Source of the DNA: Mobula hypostoma | Taxonomy: Eukaryota | Reading direction: 5' to 3' | NCBI RefSeq assembly: GCF_963921235.1 | Contig: NC_086108.1 | Coordinates: 76,820,001 to 76,884,000 of the forward strand | DNA length: 64,000 nt | Shown: in pieces, positions 49,671-63,636 of the stretch | How the letters are laid out: every line of letters starts with the position of its first letter | How positions within the stretch are numbered: the stretch's first letter is position 1 | The notes under the pieces: model-generated | Databases searched by the model: none | Seen by the model: only the letters and a program-made list of their open reading frames with translations | Told to the model about the DNA's origin: nothing | Program-made: the position numbers and the translations under genes

Positions 49671-52600
49671 CATTTCCTTTTAAGTGAAATGAATAATTAA
49701 CTTTTTAGATGATGGCTGGCTGATCCACAGCACCAGGGCAGCAAGATAAAAATCACTCAATAAATGACCATTGCTGTGTTATGAAATGACTCCTCATGGT
49801 GGCTCCAGATCTATATTTGCATGATTAAAGTCCCTCTCAGTTTTGGTTGTATGAAGCCAGTGGGGGACAAACAAATTATGTTTTTAAAAAATGAGGCATT
49901 GGCTGAGGTAAATAATGAACCTTAAGTTGTAACATAGATTAAATAAGGCATCAGATATTTACATAGCAAAAGAGCTAATAGTTCTTAAGTACATGTAATT
50001 CATTCCGTTTTGTTATTTGTGCAATTAGTCAAATGAGATTTGTTTCCTATACACTGGTAATACCAGAGAAATATTATCTGGTTGCTTATGAACTCCTTAA
50101 ATATATGGGGTGAGAAGTAATTCTGAATGTATTATTTTTAGCACTGCATATTGCTTGGTAACATTTAGTATAATTCCTGCTCTTGCACTTAGCAAGTAAA
50201 TTTGACAAACCTGAGAAGTGCCCAGGGGTTGCCAGAGTAAAGAAAAGTGAGGAAATCCATGCAATCATTTCTTGTGAGTACCAGTACGAATTTTAAGAAT
50301 TCGGACAAAATTGAAATTCTAATAGTGGTGAGGAATGTCCTGGTACTGTTGCCTTTAAAAAAAATTGATAGAAATTAAGGCTAACAAATGGAAGGAGAAG
50401 ATGGTAATTTCTAATTGAATAAACAACTGTTTTGTATCAGATACTGAACTAAATTCCTAAAAAAGACAAGATCTGTGTAACCAATCTGATGTTTTGTTCA
50501 GACTTTGTTTTTTTTTGTTCTGATTTAGGATGTTGGATAGAAGTAGGATTGAGGCCAGTCCTCCATTGTCTTACCACTGTTTTAACGGTGTCCTTCTTTG
50601 CATTCCATATTTTAATCACTTGAGGCTTGCCAGATATTCCTTCATCTGGAATTTCTGGCCTCACTCTCTCCACTAGTCTGCATCTCTTTCACATGCTTCT
50701 CCTTAATCCCTACCTAATCGATCAGGCTTTTGGTCATCTGTTGATAAAGCTTCTTGTACGTCTCGATATCAATTTTTTTAGTAATATTTCTATGAAATGC
50801 TTTAAGTTACTTGCCATGTTGAGTGTGCTATTTAAGTACGTTTAGTTGTTGTTACTGCTGATAATATTCATGTTTCTATTAAATAAGGCAGATTGCAAGA
50901 GATGGAAAAGTTAACAGGATCTATTGCAGGTGATTGTTAGGAACAGCTAGTTTACAACCTGCTGAAAATTTTTGGTGAGAACCTCCAGTCAAATTGCTCA
51001 CACTTGGAACCATTTTCACATCTCCTGATTAATTTTTTAACTGAAAGAATGGATTGCTCTTACATTTTAGAATTTACTATTTCAGGCAAATGTTCTATAA
51101 CTGACACCTAAACTGGTGGAATAACTAGAAGGAAATTTCATCCAAGGAGTCTTGGATGTCTGGTGTTCACAGCCTAAAAGGATGTTAAAGGCAGAGATGA
51201 TAAAGATGGCATTTATTAATGATTGCAATCAGTGTTTGAAATACCATCAACCACCTGGCTGCAAACTGATAGCTGAGGTGAAAGAATACCCCAAATATAC
51301 CCAATTTACCTGGCATGTATGCCGTTCCAAATGTTCTCCTTCTCCACTGTAAGATTCAAAGATCCCTCCTTCCCTTCCAAACAGCAATGGTGAAGATACC
51401 CTTTGCTTCAAGCCCTGCACCCAAATCGTTTTACACAGTTTAGATTCAGACCTGACCTAATGTGAATTTGAGAACAGGTTTGTTCAGATTTACGATATAC
51501 ACAAAGAGCACTGCATTCTAGCTGCTCAATTTATTGTTAATGTGCTGGTGAGCAAAGGAAGAGGAAGAGACTATTGAGTGCTGTGAGCTGGCTCCAAAAG
51601 GAGATGGCACTTTTCCTCTGCTGATGCAATATTTGTAAATTTTACAACATTAGAGTCCTTGGCAGTCTCAGCAAGGCAGAGGAGAGAGGGAGGACAAGCC
51701 ACCAATCTCTTTATTTATTTGAATTTCAAATTGTAAGGAAACAGATTCTGGCACTTGAGAGGCCAGATTCTCATCGTACTCCCCGAGTTATACATTAAGC
51801 ACATTCTTCAATGTGGTACTCATATGATACACATTCATAAATCATTCTTTGTAATTCCAAATAGAGTCGGTCCAGCAGCATGCAGTGCATGTAAATTTTT
51901 AAAGAGTTTCATTGAAGATGACATTTTAAATTTGACCAATTTCTATAAAATCTTGACTTAATGATAATGTGTCATTTTGGCAAAATAAGAGCAGAATGAA
52001 TGTGAAATAGGGAAAAAATTGAAGCAGTCTGTTTGAAACGAAACACTGGGCTTCATTTCCTTTGTGATAAAGTTTAATGAAAAAGTACATGTGAATAAGG
52101 AGGTGAGCAAGACTAGCAATGCAATTTAATTTCTAATATCCCCACTAAGGTTCTGTCAATGTTAAACTGAGTTTCTGTGAAGTAGTCTATGAAAATACAA
52201 ATTTCTTGTTAAGGAATTCTTCGTTGCAAGGCAATCTTAAACCATTTTGCTGGGAGTGAGCTAAATACATAGATTGGTTAGACTCATTACTCACAGTTAT
52301 GCATGTTTTGTTAATGAGTGGGAATTTAGAAGTTCACCACAGGAAGAACAGATGTGATTAATGCACGGTTTCTACCTTTCCATATTGAGTATGATGGTTG
52401 TCAGTTATGCAAAAAGGTTCCAGGAGGGAATTGCAAGAAAGGCAGAGAGAAATTGGAATTCACTACCTCCTGATTTTTGGGAACTGTACAGTAAGTTGTT
52501 CGCAGCGTTCGGCACACCTTTGAGGGTACTATGTTGCATGAGGTACTGTTGAAGGCTTGAATCCATGTGTCACATCTCCCACAATTTTGCTAGGTAGATA

Positions 52601-53789
52601 CTCTGATCTGATTTTATCAATGTCACTGTGAGCTCAACACTTCAGCCATTACTTTAACCTTCTTTAGTGCTCAGTAGCAGGGACATCTGTCACCAGTGCA
52701 ATTTAGAGGGATCATCTATTGCTTGCTGTTTTGTTGCTGATGGATTACTTCTGGTTATGGTTTCAGTCCATGATAAAACAGGCATGGTAGGACTTTAACC
52801 TCCTGTACAAATCAGCAGGTAAGTATTAGGCATTCCTGATGGTGTACTGAATTACTGGAAAAGTGAATGCAAGTTGGGTAAGAAGAAGAGAGTGAAATTG
52901 AATTACTTCCTTTGGTGTTCAAAAAGCAATTCTTCCATCTAAATCTAACATATCTAAATCCAATAGGATGGACCCTTACCAATCCCACAAATGGAGGAGA
53001 GATCACTGCACTGCAGTAACACAATGCAAGCTGCTTTTCATGCTAGAACTCACAGCTTTGATGGTAGGAATCTGTACCTTTCTGGCAGTAAGGTGACTGT
53101 GCTTGAGCTTTTCCTATAGTGCTCAGACATCAGGTGCCTGTTGCTTTTTGGCATCATCTCCAAAATATGCAAATAGAATTGGCCTTCTCTTCCATGTTAG
53201 CAATGATAGGCTTCAAGCCTTGCACGAAGTCATGTACCAAGTTTCTGCCATACACGTCCATCATAACACTTGACAATACCCCCAGTTTTCTGCAAGACTC
53301 TGTAATGGATTGTCTATTTCATTGTATGTACATCTGAACCACTTGTGTAAACTGCCCCTTCAGAGAACTTATTTGAGTCCAATTTCATCATTCAGGGAGC
53401 TGGCATCAATGCTACGTATGTCCTGTCCGAGCTGCTGCCCCCTCATCCCTGGCACCCTACCACATGTCAATCTCAGCTCAGTACTATCCTCCAAATCATG
53501 CACAAGTTCAGTATCTCAGATGGTAGCTGCAAACCTGCAATCAGTTGACAATATGATAAGTTGATCATCAGTACTACTTATTGTCCATTCATGTTTGGCC
53601 ATGTCCCATTTGTTGGGTATCTGAAAGGAGAAAGGCACTTAGTGCAACAAGATGTGTGAGGAAGTTTTGCTTGTTTATATTATCTTCTGGTTTTAAGTTG
53701 GAAAGGATCGTGAGAAGGTGAGAGAATTGAAATGTGAAAAGTAGCTTGCTACCCTGTTTTTGAAAAAGCAGGAATCAAATATAATTGAT

Positions 53790-55262
53790 ATTATAATATT
53801 GAGCAGAGACAACATGGATTTATGGATGGAAAATCATGTTTAGGTGCCACAGTAGTGTAGCAATTAGCGCAACAATATCACAGCTTGGGCGTCGGAGTTT
53901 GGAGTTCAATCCCAGTGTCCTCCGAGATCAAAGTACATGTATGTTACCATATACAACCCTGAGGTTCATTTTCTTGTGGGCATATGCAATAAATCCCTAA
54001 TAGAATACTAACCATAATAGGATCAATGAAAGACCACACCCACTGGACGTTCAACCAGTGTGCAAAAGACAACAAACTGTACAAATACAAAAGAAAGAAA
54101 TGATAATAAATAAATAAATAAGCCATAAATATCATGAACATGTGATGAAGATTCCCTCAAAGTGACTCCTTGAGTCCCTAAATTGAGGAGTTTTTACATC
54201 TTCCCCATAAAATATGTGGGTTTTTTCCGGGTGCTCCGGTTTCCTCAAAGGAGTCCAAAGAAGTACTGGTACATTTGGATAGTTGAAGTTTTTCAATAAA
54301 GAGCCGAGCAGGAGGTTGGAACTGGAAGTAATACATGTGCATGCATTGAGAGTTGCTTAATCCATAGACAACAGAGAGCCAAAGTAAATGGATCCACTCC
54401 TCAGATTCCCAGGCTGTGACTGGGGAACTACAGCAGAGGTTGGTGCTTGGCTTTCAACTTTTCATAACCTTCATTGATGATTAGGCTAAGCAGGCCAAGT
54501 GTAATATTTTTAAATTCATTGTTTGCAGGATTGTGAGAGCTGAGGAGAATCCAAAGGGATATAGACAAACCGAATGCGTGGATAACAACATGACAAATGG
54601 AGGAAAGTCTGGATAATTGACTGATCATTCACTTTGGTAGCAAAAATGCAAACACGCTGAGTATATTTTAAATGGTGAATGATTTGGTAAGGTTGATGTT
54701 AATAGCTGTTTGGACTCAAGGTTCTGAAGGCTAACATGCAGGTAGAGCGGGCAATTAGGAAGACAAATGGTTTACATGTGCAGTTTTGATCTACTTATTT
54801 AACAAATGAGGTATTTGCTGTTGGAGGAGAACAGCAAAAGTTTACCAGACTGCTTCTTAAAATGGTTGGTTTGTCATATGAGAAGAGATTAAGTAGACTA
54901 GCATTTATTCTCTACAGAGAAGAATGAGGGGTGACATTGAGACATACGAAATACTTAAAAGGGTACATGAAGAGAAGATCTGACGAAGGAATCTAAACCT
55001 GGATGGGTTATTTATGACTTAATGAGAAGAAGTTTCTTCACTCAGAGGGTGATTGATCGATGGAAATTGCTCCCAAGAGGACTGTGGAAGCTTAGCAATT
55101 GAAACAGATTTCGATAGATTTCAAGATATGAAAGGAAACAAGGGAAATCGAGATAGGGCAGGAAATGGTGCTCGGGTAGAAGATTAGTGATGATTTTGTT
55201 GAATAACAGAGAAAGCTTGAGGGGTTGATGGCTTATTGCTGCTCTTATTTCCCAACTTCTTA
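53790..55262 (+). mobile_element. Decayed CR1 with nested V-SINE (53843-54272), itself interrupted by a minus-strand Rex 3' end (~53927-54180)
   Basis: CAACATGGATTTATGGATGGAAAATCATG (QHGF..GKSC) remnant; SINE head and body are separated by sequence homologous to 43290-43530; CR1 3' end at ~55260. Confidence 0.65.
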
Positions 55263-55339
55263 CTGTATGTTAAAGAAGATTAGATACGAGAATTTCACTA
55301 TTTTAAATGTTTTCATCCCTGCTGCTACTGTGAAAAATA

Positions 55340-56030
55340 AGAGCTTAAGGTAAGATTGGTCTAGTTAAAAGATTGGCTGGCTAACAGGAAACTGACAATA
55401 GGCATAGATTGCTCTTCTTATGGTTATCAAGATCTGTGATGGGGTGGGGCTCAAATTTTTAACAATGCATATAAATGACTTGGAAGAAGACACCAAAGCT
55501 ATAGACGCTAATTATTTTGACGACACAAAGATAGGTAGGAAAAAACATAGTACCTCAAAGTTAATTTATTATCGAAGTATGTATATTGTATACAACCTTG
55601 AGATTCAGCTTCTCGCACGCAGCCACAAAACAAAGGAACACAATAGAAACTATTAAAAAATCCCACACAACAAAGACTGTTAAACACCCAATGTAAGAAA
55701 AAAAGAACAACTCAGGCAAGCAACAAAAACGAAAGCAATTAACACACACAAAGAACATTAACCGCAGAGTGAGTTCACCGCTACGGAGCCAGTTCAATTT
55801 ACGTTGCATCTAAGTGGTAGGAGATGGCAGAGCTCTGAAATAAGAAGGAATTGAGTCTCAAAGTGCAAGATCAGCAAAAGTTATCCTGCAAGTAGGGCGA
55901 CTACTTAGAAATGATAATGGAATGATGGCCTTTTTCAAAGGTCTTGAAGTATAGAACTAGGGAAGTTTTGATGCAACTTTACAAGATACTGGTGAGAATG
56001 AACATGGTGTACTCTGTAGATTGTTTAAGG
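55340..56030 (+). mobile_element. Decayed CR1 fragment with nested minus-strand Rex 3' end (~55555-55800)
   Basis: INDLEE/FDDTKIG remnant; AAAGTTAATTTATTATC...TATACAACC Rex tail as at 43266. Confidence 0.6.
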
Positions 56031-56275
56031 AAATGTCTATAATCCAATCAGACATGATATATAAAAACTGCAGAGATACCTTATTTCTGCTCCTATCCTT
56101 CTTGCGTAATAGGACATGCACCTATTCTCTACCAGCTAGCTTCTCTGGTTAGGCGCCACTTTGCTATTTGGGGGAGGGATTTCTCAGTGAATATTTAAGA
56201 TTTTCATGGATGATATGACTGCCATGGTTGAATGGTTGAAAATATATGCAAGCTTTCAGTCGTGGGAGTGAGCTT

Positions 56276-57975
56276 TAGAACATAGAACATAGAATAGTAC
56301 AGCACAGTACAGGCCCTTCGGCCCACAATGTTGTGCCAACCCTTGAACCCTGCCTCCCATATAACCCCCCCACCTTAAATTCCTCCATATATCTGTCTAG
56401 TAGCTTCTTAAATTTCAGTAGTGTATCTGCCTCCACCACTGACTCAGACAGTGCATTCCACGCACCAACCACTCTCTGAGTAAAAAACCTTCCTCTAATA
56501 TCCCCCTTGAACTTCCCACCCCTTACCTTAAAGCCATATCCTCTTGTACTGAGCAGTGGTGCCCTGGGGAGGAGGCGCTGGCTATCCACTCGATCTATTC
56601 CTCTTAATATCTTGTATACCTCTATCATGTCTCCTCTCATCCTCCTTCTCGCCAAAGAGTAAAGCCCTAGCTCCCTTAATCTCTGATCATAATGCATGCT
56701 CTCTAAACCAGGCAGCATCCTGGTAAATCTCCTCTGTACCCTTTCCGATGCTTCCACATCCTTCCTATAGTGAGGCGACCAGAACTGGACACGGTACTCC
56801 AAGTGTGGCCTAACTAGAGTTTTATAGAGCTGTATCATTACCTCGCGACTCTTAAACTCTATCCCTCGACTTATGAAATCTAACACCACATAAGCTTTCT
56901 TAGCTACCCTATCTACCTGTGAGGCAACTTTCAGGGATCTGTGGACATGTACCCCCAGATCCCTCTGCTCCTCCACACTACCAAGTATCCTGCCATTTAC
57001 TTTGTACTCTGCCTTGGAGTTTGTCCTTCCAAAGTGTACCACCTCACACTTCTCCAGGTTGAACTCCATCTGCCACTTCTCAGCCCACTTCTGCATCCTA
57101 TCAATGTCTCTCTGCAATCTTCAACAATCCTCTACACTATCCACAACACCACCAACCTTTGTGTCGTCTGCAAACTTGCCAACCCACCCTTCTACCCTCA
57201 CATCCAGGTTGTTAATAAAAATCACGAAATGTAGAGGTCCCAGAACAGATCCTTGTGGGACACCACTAGTCACAATCCTCCAATCTGAATGTACTCCCTC
57301 TACCACGACCCTCTGCTTTCTGCAGGCAAGCCAATTCTGAACCCACCTGGCCAAACTTCCCTGGATCCCATGCCTTCTGACTTTCTGAATAAGCGTACTG
57401 TGTGGAACCTTGTCAAATGCCTTACTAAAATCTATGTAACTCACATCCACTGCACTACCCTCATCTATATGCCTGATCACCTGCTCAAAGAACTCTATCA
57501 GACTTGTTAGACATGATCTGCCCTTCACAAAGCCATGCTGACTGTCCCTGATCAGACCATGATCTCTAAATGCCCCTAGATCCTATCTCTAAGAATTTTT
57601 TCCAACAGCTTTCCCACCACAGATGTAAGGCTCACTGGTCTATAATTAGCCGGACTATCCCTACTGCCTTTTTTGAACAAGGGGACAACATTCACCTCCC
57701 TCCAATCCTCTGGTACCATTCCTGTGGATAACGAGGACATAAAGATCCTAGCCAGAGGCTCAACAATCTCTTCCCTCACCTCGTGGAGCACCCTGGGGAA
57801 TATTCCGTCAGGTCCCAGGGACTTATTCGTCCTAATGTATTTTAACAACTCCAACACCTCCTCTCCCTTAATATCAACATGCTCCAGAACATCAACCTCA
57901 CTCATATTGTCGTCACTGTCATCAAGTTCCCTCTCATTGGTGAATACTGAAGAGAAGTATTCATTGAGGAATACT
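56276..57975 (-). mobile_element. Well-preserved 5'-truncated CR1 LINE (ORF2 RT region)
   Basis: [45 protein letters not shown] and RGDMIEVYK. Disrupted only by TAG at 57576, a frameshift near 57560 and TGA at 57121; (TTCTATG)n tail. Confidence 0.95.
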
Positions 57976-58289
57976 TCGCAGAACACAGCTGTCACACTCT
58001 AATAATTGTGCGGCAGTAATATGTAGTAGGTGGGTTATTGCTAAGCATTTATTTAACATTATTTGAAAAAATGAAGGATGTACAGTACTCCATAATAAGT
58101 GACACAGATAGCATGTCTTCAATTGACACCAGAGATGAGCCTGGTTTATTCTTTCCTTTCCCTTCCACTGAACATTGGGGGCAAAAAGGGAGCTTTGCAA
58201 ACAAGTTCAGCTTCATGTAGATGGCCTTGTTGTACCATTTCATTAGTGACATGCTTCTCATTCTTTCCATCTTGTATTTATGCGGGTAA

Positions 58290-59229
58290 GTGATTAAGAA
58301 AAAAATATATAATTCTGAATAGTTTCTAACTAGAATCAGGCACATGCACTTGTTTGGCCGTTCAACACTACACCGTGCTTAGAGCAAACGGTTTGTAAAT
58401 GGCATCAGTAACATGCGCTTGTGTTAAAAAAGCAGTGATTTTTCTCATTCATAGGTGGCGGGCAATAAGCAGTAAGACAATTCAGAACTGTTTTGCTCAC
58501 CACGGTTTCAGTCATTGAGGCCTGGAGATGCCAGGAACAGCCGAGGGTGAAAATGAAATGATTTCACTACTTCAACAAGTCAGGAAATATGAAAAATTTG
58601 AAGGTATCGACATGTTACCTTTGGTCCCCACTGGACACTCAACTCCCACCTGTAGTTCCAAGCAGCTGTTTGCCTCTGGACAGCGGCCACAGTCAGGTGA
58701 GGATAGATGGCAGGTCTACCCTGGTGAGATAGGGACATGCCTGTGCTAGCATGCGAGATCAGCTCTGGTGGACTGGGTGGATGAGATCTACAGTGAGATC
58801 CGACAGCCAGAAAGGCGATTCTGCAACACCCTGTGGAGAGTGAAGGACATGACAAGGCACGGAAGAAGCTATGGTCCTCCCTGAAACAAGGGAGGCCCCA
58901 GTTGTGACGTCTACTCGTACCAGTGAACCCAGACTTTCAAGGTCAAGAGAGTGGAACTGCCCGAATGCAACAGCTTTTCCACTTTTAAAAACTCTCCTGC
59001 ACAGGTTTCCTGTTATTATTGGATACCATGGACAGCCAGTAGTATTGGTAGTGTTCTAATTTGTTCTGTATTTCATTTCAGTGCATAATTTGTTACTCAG
59101 TTAAATTCTAGTTTGTCTTTTTTATACATTTTTAATAATTTCCATGAAGCCTCGGCTAATTAGTGCAGCCGCATGATTTGGGGCTAAATGTACTGGTCCC
59201 GATGTGTCCCAATTAATCAGAATCCACTG
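58290..59229. mobile_element. Probable pogo/Tigger-like DNA transposon remnant with an internal GC-richer insertion (~58612-59040, possibly RTE-related)
   Basis: Right end ...CCCAATTAATCAGAATCCACTG followed by TA; abrupt compositional change at 58612-59040. Left terminus not identified. Confidence 0.4.
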
Positions 59230-59339
59230 TATTTTGGAGCCTCCATTGTGCACCAGTGAAAATGTTAACATTCAACAATTATGAAGTATAATAAATTATA
59301 CTTCCTTGCAAACACATTATTAGATACATCTCATGGACA

Positions 59340-60250
59340 TGGATACGTCAGAACTTCCAGTCAACCAGAAAGAGGCCTTGAAATTGCCACCTGTAACAAA
59401 AGCCACTCCGTTACCATCACGGGCCATCTTTTGTTACACTGAGGCGTGAACGCTATGGACTCGCGAGTGAATCTAGTGTGAATGGCTGCAGAAAGACAAG
59501 GACAGATTGTCCAGTTTGTTGTATTTCTGCTGCTGTGCTTTTCGCTTGTCATCTTGGCAGCCAGCTCATTTCAATTTGCCCCATGGCCTTGCTGACACTG
59601 TGTGTATGCACAGAAAGTTAAATTCTCCTCTGATCAATAAAGAAGAAGTGTTCCTCCTGCCCAGTCGATATTTTTTTTATCTGTCTTCAACCCCGTTCTG
59701 CTGATGGCAGCTTTTGTGAGGAAAGTCAGTCAAGGGCACCAGGCAAGGCTCAGCTACTTTTTTTTCCCCTGCTAAAAGTTAACAGATTTGGCCTTTTGCT
59801 AATAACAGCGTTATGATTTATCTCTATTTTAATTGGAAAATTTGTGAATTAATTGATTTTTCTTACTTTCCAATTAACATTGTAATTGGCTGTGTAATAA
59901 ATTCTTCGGCACCCTACAAATGAGGGTTGACATGAAGATTGAGGGGGACATTGGAAGGCTGCATGGCACACCCTGTGATCTAAAAACACTAATAAACTAT
60001 GTTATTTTAGCATATCCCTGGGTGAGCTTTCAGGCATAAATTTACAGCTGTGAGGTTCCAGGAACTGACACTATTAAGCGCTTTGACAGAAACTTCTGAC
60101 AAACCTCCTCATGGGCTGACCTGATTGATCTATAGCTCTGTCCACTGACAGCCTCAGGAAAGCCAAGCCATGAGGGAGAAGTGATCAGCTTCCTGGTACA
60201 GGAACTGAAGCTGCAAGGACTTGGGCACTGTAAACAAGTGGCAGGGCAGA
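59340..60250. promoter_or_regulatory. Candidate conserved non-coding element cluster
   Basis: Non-repetitive; TGATTGAT at 60122-60129 lies between TGACAG sites at 60084-60089 and 60146-60151; dense TAAT/ATTA at 59810-59900. Confidence 0.45.
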
Positions 60251-62486
60251 ACAGGGGTACACTGTGTGGATGATGTTAGGGTCTATGCATGTCCTTAACT
60301 ATCACGTTAAAATTATTTATTCTGAAATTGTCAGAGCTCAGGTTAAGTGACTCGTATTCTGGTGATTTAAAATAAGCACATCCTCTATCCCTAGTTTTAT
60401 TTTTAATATTTATTTTTTTAAATCTAGTGTTATCATTTAACCATATCGGAACAGAATCAAAAGTCTCAAAAAGGCCAATTGCTATAAATTAAATAAAAGT
60501 GAAATACGGATGAAATATTAAATCATCCAATACATTGAGCACACCAAGTATTATGCAGTATATGCTGGATGTGTTTTATTCAGGTTCATTTTAAAAGTCA
60601 TAATGCTTCTGAGAATCATTTTATTTTTTCAGAAGATATTCTTTGCTTTTGCACAACGCTGATAAAGAATATTTCTAGATCTGCTTGCACAGAGTTAATA
60701 AAAACATATCTGAGGCATGAAGGTATATTTTGTGCTAAGCATTTTAAGTGTGGGAATTATGAAAACTATTTTTTCATGCTATAATTTGAAGGTTGTAGAA
60801 ATTTTCAAATGACAGTGAGAAGTATTTCTGGCATTTCTATTATTATGGTGGGCTACACAAAAACTCTTGAATCAGGCATTGGATGAGTATTAATTATAAA
60901 CTGAAAAAAAATGTTCCTCATATCTGAATTCGCTTTTGCAGGCAAGAATTTACATAATTTCTTATTTTAGTACGTTATGATGTTTTTACAAATTATCATT
61001 TTCTAATTGAAATATTATAAGCAAACAAAATTGAGACATTAATTATATTAACAGCTACTTTTTTGAGTGATACTGTATATTTTAATGGCTTTATGTTCTA
61101 AGACTTATCTCAGGCTAAACATAAGGTATTCTCACTTTGGTCGTGTATAGTACATAGTGAGTTATGATTTGGCATTTATAAAAGAACCAAATAAACTATG
61201 AAAACCTAATTGCAATTTGATACCATTAGCTTTTTTAAAAAGATGGCCTCAACTGCAATTACCTTCCAATATGAAATGTAGTGCCCCCGATGCATGTGTC
61301 AGTGAGAAAGGTTAGAGTTTCTAACACATTCTTCTCTCCTCACAATATTCCCTTGGCCAACAAGTAGTGACAGAAAATACAACTAGGTAGCTGGATGATT
61401 TTTTTCCCACCATGTTTCAAATGATCTATAGTTTTTTTTCCCCAAAAAATCTCTTGGTATTCAAAAAGAAGTATGATACCAGTGCCTGATAGTTAATTCA
61501 GTTTGATCAGCACTGCATCTTAGAACCTATCCTGAAAAGGAGCAGTCATCATGTTTCAGTTTTAATTGAAATAGCCTAAATAAAAAATGATCTATAAAAT
61601 AATAATTGATTATTGGCTAGGATGTAATATTGAATTTAAGGCCAGATGCAGACTTTCAGTAGGTCCTAAGCTTCTGGCAATTGTACCTTGGTTAACACAA
61701 TACAGTATATACAGTTCCTCTTGTTCCCTGTTACCAAGATTAGGAAGAATTATTTGCATGGGTCAGAATTTTGACTATGCGGGCAGAATTCCACATCATT
61801 TGGTACGTGGAATTTGAGTGGAAGTTTGAATATCCACAAAGGCTTCTTTTTCCTATACTCCTTCTACATTTTAATTAATGGCAGCAAAGATTGCTTATTC
61901 TGTTGTCGTAGAAAAGTCAAGTATCAAAACAGAAACAGTCAATTATTGAGTAGACAAATTGGGATCTCTAAAGCCAACTCTTCACTGATGAAGAAAGTCT
62001 GGTCACAAACGCAGTTCACTTTATACCAATGATCCATCCCCTGCTGCATCTGTTGGTCACATCATTCAGGGGTGGCAAGTGCATGATATCAGAGAGTGAG
62101 TAACACACCCACGTAAAACTGCATTGAGTGAGCATGTAGTAGTGGCAGGTATTGCTAACATGTTAACTCGATCATCTTAAATTGAACAAGCTAAAATCAA
62201 TCCAAAAAATTCAAAAAGCTACCATGTATTGATAAAGGTAGTCAGACATGTCCCCATAAACTTGAGTCAAGCATCCAAGGGAATGGACAGAGAGCACGGA
62301 CTTAATATTTTGTGGCAGAAGCAGTGAGAGTTATCCAAGCTACTTCTGCCCCCTAAAACAAGAAATATGGATTAATTTAAATGACTTTACTCATTTATTT
62401 CTCTCTGTTAAGGATTAACCAATCTAATACAAAAACTATCTCAAAACATGACTCAGTTGTGGGACGTTACAGTAAACTTTGTGGGA

Positions 62487-62635
62487 CACCAGATTAATGT
62501 AATGGTTAGCACAATGTTATTACAATTCAGGGCGCTGGTGTTCAGAGTTAATTTCCAGTGGCTTCTGTAAAGATTTTGTCCGTTCCCCACCTAACCATGT
62601 GGGTTTCCTCCGGGTACTCTGGTTTCCTCTCACAG
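62487..62635 (+). mobile_element. HE1/V-SINE-type SINE fragment
   Basis: TGGTTAGCACA head and GTGGGTTTCCTCCGGGTACTCTGGTTTCCTC core. Confidence 0.7.
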
Positions 62636-63636
62636 CAACTTTTACATGGTTCTTTTATTTTGAGGAGAAAACAAAACATGCAAAGTCAACGCCACTCATG
62701 CCTGTGTTTCTGTGTGTGAATGAGAAAAAAGGTATTGTTGCAGTTCTTAACTGGTAAGTTAAGTCTGTAAGTCTGTTTTAAGTGTTTCATTATTGAACAT
62801 TCAATTTTGGGCATCCCCTTCTCTATAGCGCTCTAACAATTTTAGATCTATCATGACCTCTGTTATAACACACATTGATTTGGTGAAACCTTTACTGTGA
62901 AGGAACAGCATTATATTTGTTAATAATAAAATTAAATACGGATGAGTATCAATAGACAAGTGAATATGAAAGGTTCATTCTGCCCCTTCTATATTTTAAA
63001 TAGGTTCATGCCGTTGCTTAAGTAATGGAAAATACATCTAATCATTTATAGTTGTATTTTGAGAACATTATTTCTTGTTCTTAACATGCTCTTATAAAAG
63101 TAACTCTGATTTAATATACTACTTCTGAACACTTATATATGTTACCAAATTGCCTTTTCTTTAACATATAGGCGACTGTAACTTAAAATCCCAAATGACG
63201 TTCCAAGATTAAACTACTGAAACATGAAAAAGAGGCCTTTCTGCCTTCAGGTATATGCTGGCATTTTGTAAGAGTATTCCAGGTAGCTCTAAACCTTGCA
63301 TTTTCCTCATAGTTCTGCATTTTCTTCTCCTTCAAATATCCAACTAACTTGTTTTTGGAAGCCTCTGTTGTCTATATTTCCACCAGCATTTCAAGCGGTC
63401 AGTTCTAAACTATGCATTAAAGAAGTTTTCTCTTCTGTCACTTGAGGCTTTTTTTTGGTCATCAAAAATCTGTGACCAATCTGATACCTCTCGCTTTCAG
63501 CAATGTAAACAGTTTCCTCTCATTCACTTTGTAAAGACACTGTATGAATTGAATACTTGGATCAAATCACATCTGAAACTTTTCTGCATCAACTCCAGTT
63601 GTTCTGGTCCATCTGCTGTATTTAAGTAAACTCCTA

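Noticed and set aside
54975..55000. CTGACGAAGG as another hammerhead
   Set aside because: No GAAA box or stems; lies inside decayed CR1.
60930..60980. TTTTGCAG|GCAAGAAT as a possible next RNF220 exon
   Set aside because: The following sequence is AT-rich, does not resemble the expected RNF220 peptide and has no convincing donor.
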